NCBI GenBank assembly: GCA_021432655.1
Contig: MU271190.1
Location: 139,866-198,435 of the forward strand
Source of the DNA: Atractiella rhizophila
Lineage: Eukaryota
DNA length: 58,570 nucleotides
Reading direction: 5' to 3'
Position 1 is the first letter of the stretch, and every line of letters begins with the position of its first letter. Shown here piece by piece: positions 49,778-58,570 of the stretch. The notes beneath the pieces were generated by a model that made no database searches, had not been told where the DNA came from, and worked only from the letters and a program-made list of their open reading frames with translations. The translations under genes were made by a program, and so were the position numbers.

Positions 49778-51683
49778 TGTTTCCTTCGCTGTCCCTTCAT
49801 CATTAATCGCCTCTGTCGTCTCCTGATACTCCACGAGTCTTCGTCCGTTGGCAACGAAGAACAGAGCTCATGGCATCTCCATTTACGCTGAAAAGAACAA
49901 TCCGAAAGTATGGATAACACGCAACGAAGCGCAAAATTCCTTCGCGGGATCTATGTTACAGGCTGGTGGCGCTTGCAAAGGACATTTCGCCATCAGCCCA
50001 TGGGCAAACCTAGCAAACTCGAATGGCAGACCCAGCGCTCACGTTCCTGACTTTCAATGCAGGGTACGAACGCTCAAACTCACATGCAGCCAAGCAGAGC
50101 GCAAATAAACAAAACGTAAAAATTAATGCCTCATCATGATAACAGCGCTTAATGAGCAGCAGCTTCCATTGCGCGTGGAAACAGAGCAAACGGGACAAAC
50201 TTCATATTGCATGAGTCTCAATCCCGGCGCTACTCGGCAAGTGGCTCCTCGTGGGGCATTCATTTCTTCATCTGTCAAGATCAAGATGGTCGAGACCCAT
50301 ACGCGGAGCCTTCACTTTCCACACATCTCCCACAGAAATCGAACGAGATAGATGAAGTGCAGCCTCGCGACACCAAAAGCAAGTATCCCACGTTCTACTT
50401 TTCATAGATTCAACAGAGAAAGCGTACGTCCATTTCCCGTCCTCCCAGCATCAAGCACCATCTCACTGTTTCCCATCTGATTCCTGCAAACCATCTAACC
50501 CCAACCGTGATCAATTCTTCCTTCTGTATCTTTTCATAACCGTCAACTCCACCGTTGTTATTCTATTTGTGTACGTCCTAGGTAAGTTCTGAGCATTTGA
50601 CTTGGTCGTTCTCATAGTATCTGCTTCCTCACCGAACTCGGCTTGGAACTCGGCGATGAGTCCCATTCTTGAATCTTGACAGATATCGATGTTAGCATTA
50701 GCAAGTACCAGCCCTCGACGTAGATGGACCCTGGTTAGCGAAAACTCTTCTGTGCCGAATGAAGTATTCTTCCATTGGAGAAGATCCATTGGTGATCAGT
50801 GCTGATAGAATATGCAGGAGTATGCCTGATTTATTGGACAGCGCAATTGGCGACAGAAGGTACCTTGAATTCCTTTTTCTACTCTCTAGTGATCTAAGGA
50901 GAGACAGCGTTGCCATATAATCGAGAATGGGCATATCCATGACTGAATCATGGATGCAGCGTCATTTCGTTGGATAACAATGTTTAGTAGACTTGAAACT
51001 CTCCTGCACTTGCTTGTATCTTGGGCCATTTAGATTGTAGCGCTTAGGAGTAAGCAGATCACGAATTGTGACTGAACGTGATCCCATGTGTCTTCTGCCG
51101 CTTGGGCTTGATCGTTTAGAGCACGACTGCCAATCTTTCCTTGGGCATTCTTGACTAGAACGCAGAGAAGGGACCAGTTTGATGTCTTTTCTGGAGATAC
51201 TGCTACACGATTATCTAACAAACCTGGTGGGGAGCATTCTCGCGTTGCGTGAAGTATGCCAAGAAAAGTAGGATGGGAGAGAAGAGAACTGATTTCCTCT
51301 TCCTTCGCCACTTGAAAATCTTTTCCTTGCATCGCCCACTTGTCAACGGGGGACAGCTGTCTGATGACCCATTTCCAATCCATTCCATTGCGGAGCTGCA
51401 GCTTGTGTGTGGCTGGAGGAATACCATGAGCTTGGCGTCCCGATTTTGAGTTGAATCGGTACTCCTTCGAGTAAGCGTGTCTGTAATGTGAGGCGGAGGA
51501 AGTAAGCTACTGAAGCGAAGATATTCATCTGTGATTTCCTTCACGTCGATAAGGAGTAGAAAATCTGCGAAGATCTTCCCCATCAAGCCTTCAGGCTGTC
51601 TCCTTATGTTCCTCTTCTGACAAAAAGGTATAAAATGCCTTTATTTCTGCTCTTTTCCCTCTCCTCAGAATCAGCACTACATC

Positions 51684-53268
51684 ATGATAGGGATTCTAGC
51701 TCTTCTCGCTCTTAGCTTCGTCCAATTCACCGCCTCGGTTATCACCCCTGTCGGGTCTGATGCGGAGGTGTCGAAGTTTCCAGTTCCGCCGTTCGCTGAA
51801 AGTCCAGCAGGAAAATGGATAACTGGCCTTGGCCAAACTTGGGACCTACTCCATTCCCAGTCTCTGCTGGCGTGCTCCAGAATACGCTCAATCTCCCTCA
51901 ACTGGCCACCGTTGCGGCAGCTGCTTACTGCAATGCTTCCACAGTGGCATGGAATTGCCGTCCGTCTAGCCTTCAACGTCTTAGATATGTCATTAACAAT
52001 CACATGTGTTTGAGCAGTTCCCTGCCAAGCAAGCGGGCTCCTTAATCCAACCTTCTGGTACCAGTACCAAGGGACAGGCACTTATCCCGGAGGTATGTTC
52101 TCTTCTGAACTCTCAATGCTGCAGCTTCTGAAATCCCCTGCGACATAGTCTACGTCGCCACTTTCTCGAACGCCCCCAACGTCGTTTTCGTTTTCAGAGA
52201 GGGCTCTTCGAGTTGGTCAGAGTACGTACCTCTTTAATCCGTGAGGCGGCAGAGTTATTGACGAGCATACACGACTAGGTTGTGGGACGATTTGGTCTAC
52301 TCTATATTTACACAGAGCCTCGACCCGTCTTTGATCAACGCGGGTAGGGGAGCACATCCTACTGGCGCAGAATGGATCCATGGGTTCTTCCAGGAATCTT
52401 ACCTCAACACCAATCAACAAGTTCTCGCGGTCAGTACCCCTTCTTTCTCTTTCAATCTTTCCGCAAACGTCAATGAGCAGGCAGTTAAGCAAGCGACTGC
52501 TCGATTCCTCGATCCACTCCAAGGTTTAGTCGTCTTAACAGGTACGTGTCTCGTTTTATTCTCGGTTGGAGCCAGGAGACTAAATGTCGTCCAGGGCACT
52601 CTCTTGGAGCGGCAGTTTCAGTACTTGATTCTCTCCAACTCAGGATCAACCTCGACCCCAACATCGCTATCCAAACCGTGGGATATGGGCAACCACGAGT
52701 TGGCAACGATGCCTTTGCTTTGTATTACGATCAACTTGTTCGGAGTTTTTCCCTACACAGCTGTATATCGCACTGATAGCGTACGTGATGCAGTTGGGAA
52801 ACAACACTCTTCACTACACGAACTGGAGAGACCCCGTCCCTCGTCTTCCGGAGCAGATTTTAGGGTTTGTACAGTGAGTCCACTAACGTCGCCAGAGTTT
52901 GGATGTCCTAACTAATTTGCTTCGTCCAGGACGCAGAATGAATTCTTCAATCAGACTACCTATGAATGCCTTCGCTGCCCTGACTGTTCAATCTGCGATG
53001 CCAACAAGAAGCCGGACGAGCCAGGCTGTGATCCTTTCACCTGTAACCCGAATCAAGGGCAAGTAAACTACTGTCCCGTCGATCCGGGCAATGGACCACC
53101 CCCTTTCGAGAATTACAAGTGTGCCGCCCAGTTTCGGGGCAGCAGACGATCCGTGAGTTCATTCCATCTGTGTTTGGTTGGGTTTGGAAGGCGCTGATGC
53201 TGGATGGAAGATGTTACGCTTGTTGGCATTATGGTCCTTATTGGGGAACGATCATGGACGTTTGCTGA
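51684..53268 (+). pseudogene. Class-3 lipase paralog (lipase B), 9 exons, two 1-nt frameshifts (pseudogene or assembly error)
   Basis: Signal-peptide-like MIGILALLALSF, LTGHSLGAA, GQPRVGN, RDPVPRLP, WHYGPYWG. Intron positions match lipase A. Relative to lipase A there is a -1 at ~51836 and a +1 at ~53133. Confidence 0.8.
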
Positions 53269-53659
53269 AGTTGCTTGATGTTGCTCTTTCACTTCCCGGG
53301 CTTTGCTAAAAAAAAGTGATCTGTTATCTTCTCTCTCTCTTCGATCGGTCCCAATTGCTGTTCCAACACTCAAAGGTGCACCATCTGATATTCTTTAATG
53401 AAACAATGTCCCCTGTCGTACTTAAGACTGACAAGTTGCTGTGGCTCCGATCTCGTGCGAAAATGTTTCCAGTCCCGTTACCCCGTTGTCGTACGATGCC
53501 CTTCTTTTGCTCCGTTTGAAACAGGAAGCAGGAGGTCAATGTTGTCTGTCTGAAGAAACGAATGACAGAAGTTCGATTCAGCCTCACTTCCATTGGCGCT
53601 GTTCCACACGCTGTGCCCAACAAGATGTCTTGTAATCTGTGGGAAGAACGTGAACTCAT

Positions 53660-54721
53660 CTAAGGTTGCAAAATATCCTCCAAAAACAGCTTCAACTTTC
53701 CTAAGACGACTTCGTTCTTCTCCAAGTGACAAGAATGGTTCGCCCCTTTGACGACGAAGAGCTCAGAAGTGGATACGAGCTCGTGAATTTTCTTCGCCTG
53801 TCTTGGAGGGCAGATCCAGTCGAATTCGCCGACGAGAATCAGACTCTTCACTTTTAGGTTAACGAGATGGTCGGTGTAATCGAAGTATTTTTCGCGCTCA
53901 GAATAAAGATCATCTTCCCAATCCAGTAAGCGTCGTCCAGAACAAATGGAAGAAATGCAAGCATGTTTGGACTCACTGTGCACCTTGGCCCGATAGATCC
54001 CCTCGACGTGGCTCTTCAATCCCGCATCCGCGTCGTAAGTTTCGACGTAGAGCGGAGCCAAAGCAAAGACGATGAGACGGAACTCCATGTCGTTATCCAC
54101 AGAGCTGAAGATCTTGTCCAGCATCCCAGGACTTGCACTAGGGACCCTGTACAGTCTAGATCGCAGCACTTCTCGAGCATCATCCTCGGCTGGTTACTTC
54201 CTCGTCAGCTGTGGACGCCAGAAGAGAAGAGGTGAGAATGGGACGCACTATGGTATGATGGCGCGGTGCCACGAAGGACGAGGCGGTATAAATGGTGAGG
54301 ATAAGTGATCGCGTACTGACACCAATGCTCAAAATGATTTCACATCGTCAACAGAAGGAAACAAGCGGACCTGCTGAGCAATGAATCCACCAAAGGATCC
54401 TCCAAGCAAGACGAAGGGGGTCTCGCCTTCCACAAACGCCTTGCGAAAAGCTTCGACATCTTGGACGAGTTGATCAAAAGTGAAGGGTCCCACGACTTCA
54501 GACTGCCCATGTCCCCTCTGGTCGTACGACAGAATACGGAGCGTCCCTTCGTTTGCTAGTGGGAGGAAAGCGTTGAAGTCCCCCCCGTGTTGTCCGAAGC
54601 CTCGTCCCCCATGCAAAGTGATGAGCAGTGGGACTTTGCAAGATGTAGTGACGGTGGACTGGGAAAAGCAGAAGCAACAGCCATTGAGTACTGTGTATTC
54701 TGTGGAAGATGGGACGTGCAT
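53660..54721 (-). CDS. Alpha/beta hydrolase, proline iminopeptidase-like (S33)
   Basis: LHGGRG, YDQRGHGQS, GGSFGG nucleophile elbow, YAITYP..LVLRGTAP, LVGEFDWICP, ANHSCHLE. Two introns between 54371 and ~54190. Confidence 0.88.
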
Positions 54722-55358
54722 ATTGATGCGAATGGGCGCAGTCAATGATATGAAATTTCGAATTGTCTGATAACATCACAGATCACTTTTGCTGCGCTAT
54801 CAGATAAGCTTTGCTGCGAAATTCTTGTTCTTTAGGGGTTGGACTGCTTTATTCCATTATTTCTGCTCTCGAGGCCTAGGACGTCACTGCAACACATCTA
54901 CCACTCTGCTTTAGGTTATTTGTGTGTTTTCAAGTCTGTTATCTCCAGAACAGAGACTGATTGCTGCGCAGGAAACGTCACACTGCAATAGCAACGACAT
55001 CAAGGCACAACAGGGAAAATGCAGCGCTGGACATTCTCCTGCGAGCGTTGTCAAGCTCAAAAGCTGCCGTGCACTCGAAAGCCCACCAGCCCAAAATGCG
55101 ATGCCTGCATTCTCGCTGGAACAGCGTACGTGTCTCTGCCGCAATTCATGACCTTACCTCTGTAAACTCTTCAAAATCAGGAAATTCTTTGCACTCAGTT
55201 TAGGTTGTTCAACTGTGTGAAAGTGCTGATTATTGAGTGTGCAGATGCGAAGTCTCGAGCGTTTATTACTCGAAAGGGGAAGTGCGACGAGAAGGGTTCG
55301 TGCAACTCATCTCCCCTCTTTCTCTCTAAAGCGTTCGCTTTCGGTGGACAGCATAGAT

Positions 55359-57600
55359 ATGTCTCTCCTCAAGAAGCAGTACAGCTCCTCCGCAGACTTG
55401 CTACGAGACGTTCGCATCCAAAAGAAGCCAAAGGCGACGTCAAGAGCAAAGTCTCAGTCTCATCCGGTAGTCTCGAGTTCTCGATCGAAAGCGAAATCAT
55501 CTCTAGGAGCAACCGGATTTAATGATGACACGGTACCAGTGCCCAAGGGCAGCTACGGTACAAGGCGTACCGCATCTGTCTCGTTGCTCTCAAAGTTACT
55601 CTCTTCTCCCTCCCTCTCCCCGTCTTCCCTGAACGCGCGCCTCGTGCTCGCAGCCCGGACACGGTCCTTGGCCGACCACCTTCTCGCTCTCCCCGACCTC
55701 CAACTTGAACGTCTCGCCGCCATCAATTCCCCCTTAGGCGTTTCCCCTTCCAGTTGGGCCGAGTACGAAGATCGACGCCGGGCTGCAGTCGCTTTGGCTA
55801 AGGAGGAGGAGGAGGGAAGGAAGGAGGCTGATTTTTTGGAACTCTTGACTATGTTTTATCTCGCTTGGGCAGCGGGAGATTCGCCACATTCTGAGTTATT
55901 GGGAAAGTTCAACCTGCCTGAGATCCCTTTGTCGGATGAGACGGGAGATTGGAGGGTTCAGGGTAAGATGAAGGCTGAGGCTAGGAGGAGGTTGATTCAA
56001 CACGTTTTCGCGATCGCTTTGGCACCTTTGAGTCCGATTTGGAGACCTTCAGAGAAGTCGATCGCTATGCTTGTTAAACTCGTTTACACCTTTGCGGAGG
56101 ACGAACGCGAGAAAGGGAAGGAATTGTTGAAGGTTGCAGTGTCCCAGTTTGATGCGTTGTATGAAGGCGCAGATTTGAAGGACAGGGCGAGGCTTAAGGC
56201 TAGCTATTTGGAGAGCATCATTCAAGTGCCATATTTTGTCCATTTTTATTCTGGGATGCTTAGTACTGATGCGAGAGGTGGGACAGGCTGACAACATCGT
56301 CCACTTCAGCTACGGGGGAACACCAGAACTGTTCGTCGCCCTCTCCCTTCGTACCTTGATTTATCACCCTGATACCGGATCCCTGCCTCGGATGATGTTA
56401 GCTCGGACGCACATTACAAAAAGTACTACCCCATCGGTCACTCCATCCCAGACCATCGTATCTTCACGGACGTCTTCGCGTTCCATCGCATGAGTATCGT
56501 CCCCCCTTCTCGTCCTGAAGATCTAGGACAGTTCTTCGACTGTTATTGGGCCGCCTTGGAGGGCATTACACGCTGTTATATCAGCGGAAGTGAGCATTCA
56601 TGCCCAGCTTACCCGCAAGTGAACCCACCACATTCTTCATGACCAACAGTGGAAATACTTGACCGTTATGATCGACCGGAACAGGCCGAGAACGTCCTAA
56701 GAAGACTATACGAGCTGAATGAGTCTTTCCGACAATGGAGAAACAGGCATTTCCAAGTCATACCACACGATCAGAGGGGATTGTATCTATTCCACCTATC
56801 CCCTTCGCCAACAATTACTCCGTCCGATGACCACACGAGCCCGGTCGTACCCGTACCCGTCATCGAACCATCAGAGCTCTCGCAAATGGTAATAGGGATG
56901 CAAGGTAGACACGTGTACATGCTCCGTCGCCTTGCCTCTCGTCTCAATCTCCAGTTTCCCGATAGCGACGGGATCAGGGAGGTGGAAAAGAAGACGGAGG
57001 AGAAGGCGAAGGAGATGTTCGCAGTGCTGATGAGACATTGTAGAAAGGTGCTGTGGATGAAGAAAAGCGCGGGAAGGTCGAACCTTTCCCACCCCTTTTA
57101 TGCTCAAGATGTTGTACAAACTGTACGTCCATTTGCAAACTATCTCAGTGAGTGTGAGAGAAATGGACTGAGTCTAAGGAAATTAGTTCGATTTTTCGAC
57201 TGGCGGATTCGGAGATGTGGTTGACTGGATAGAGGACGAGGATGACATCGATTTGTTTGTCCATTCTCCTCGAAAATATCCTTTCTGATTCAAGTCGTTT
57301 CGAAGCTTGGTGGAAAAGATGAGGTACATGTCTTTCCGTTCGGAGAGAATGGCGGCACGCGTAGATGATTACGAAGAGAGGATGCGCCATCTTAAATCAG
57401 AGGTTCGTCTATCATCTCTTCCTTCCATCCACCGTCCACATATGCAGATGCTGATGAGAGTGCAGGGGGAGTTTCGGACAGTGGATGACTTTCAAGAAAC
57501 TCTGAAGGTGCCTCACGTTGCCAGTGCAGCTGATGAGAGGATAAAGTCACCCGAATTGGCTGATTTTGCGAAGACGCTTGATTTGTTGAGTACTCAGTGA
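55359..57600 (+). CDS. Hypothetical multi-exon protein, probably helical, function unknown
   Basis: Long same-strand ORFs (55233-56291, 56649-57224, 57307-57600) separated by short GT..AG gaps. No recognisable motif; the exon structure is not fully resolved. Confidence 0.6.
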
Positions 57601-58570
57601 AGTGAAGTGGCAAAGTCTGGAGTCAATGTGCTGCAGCATTTTTGTTTATCTGGTTTAGGTTGCTTCTGTGCACCATGGAAGAAACCTCTTCAAACTTCGT
57701 CTGGCTTCACGTCTACAGAAAACCTAGGTTTTTCAATATTGGAAACACATTGACATTGTTACATCCTCGAGTTGCTACAAAGTTGCTACAGATTTGCTAC
57801 ATTTATTGATCACATACACTTTGTTTAATGGACAACAACAAGAAACAGATAAAAGGATACATGCTGAGGATACACGAACAAATGGAGACAAAGAGCTTTC
57901 TAACCACCGACAGACATAATCTGATACGGATCACTGGCTACTTGGCCTTAGAGGCTTCCTGCCTCTTCTTCTCGGCACAGTTTGCTTCGTGGTTGAGCCA
58001 TACTGTGAAAGGAAATACGCCACCGCCTACGATACGACACAAATTAAAGACTAGTCAAGCCCAAACTTGAAGGAGGACACCACTCACACCAACCGCAAGC
58101 ATAATTCCTCTCGTACGGTTGAGTTCCATCAATTGCTTTGTTATCAGCCATAACTGGAATGTAGAGGTAAGCAATCAGGAAGCAAGTGGCAGCTGTTGAA
58201 GCCTTACGAACATGGTTCGCCAGCGAGGCTTTTAAAGAAAATATTCTGCGGAGTTCAAAAGGCCCGAACTCACGTTTTTGTGCCATTGTATTAGCCTTTG
58301 ACTCGCCTCGTCCTTTGCGTATGAATAATCAACATGAATGACTTAGAACGCATCACTCTTCTGTATTCGCTTTGCACTAGGTTAACCATGCATGCAACTT
58401 TCGGAATCTCCCTCCGACTCATGTGCAGAATGATTGACCGCTGAAACCAAGATGAAGGACTTCAGTAGGAAGCAACACTGGATACATAATAATCTGATTG
58501 GACCAGGCACTACAATTACAACGCTTGAAACGAACAGTACGTATAGACTTTATAGACTGAGTGATATAAA

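Noticed and set aside
50511..51586. Minus-strand gene from overlapping short ORFs
   Set aside because: Frames switch without clear introns and no domain is recognisable; left uncalled.

Overview
Intron-rich eukaryotic DNA that looks like a basidiomycete fungus (short GT-AG introns with CTRAC-type branch points); the species cannot be determined from sequence alone. The left half (1-27.6 kb) is a degenerate tandem array of ~7-9 kb units. Each unit carries a minus-strand paralog of an F-box-like + LRR-like gene: two intact, one frameshifted, one 5'-truncated. The three full-length paralogs share a 58-nt GC-AG first intron. Across all four, amino-acid differences concentrate at the exposed x positions of LxxLxL strands, as in diversifying immune receptors. 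One unit has a solo LTR with a 5-bp TSD. The array ends at a 5.56-kb segment (27617-33179) bounded by 46-bp imperfect inverted repeats. It has no recognisable transposase and holds intron-containing decayed fragments of serine hydroxymethyltransferase and a formin, making it a candidate gene-capturing (Pack-type) element. The right half is ordinary gene space: a Sel1-repeat (Nif1/Dsf2-like) gene, two divergently oriented class-3 lipase paralogs with a Cys-rich insert, ARP5, a 51-aa three-exon zinc-finger microprotein missed by the ORF track, a proline-iminopeptidase-like hydrolase and an unknown multi-exon gene. Several single-base homopolymer frameshifts may be assembly errors. All gene models were derived by eye; no searches were run.
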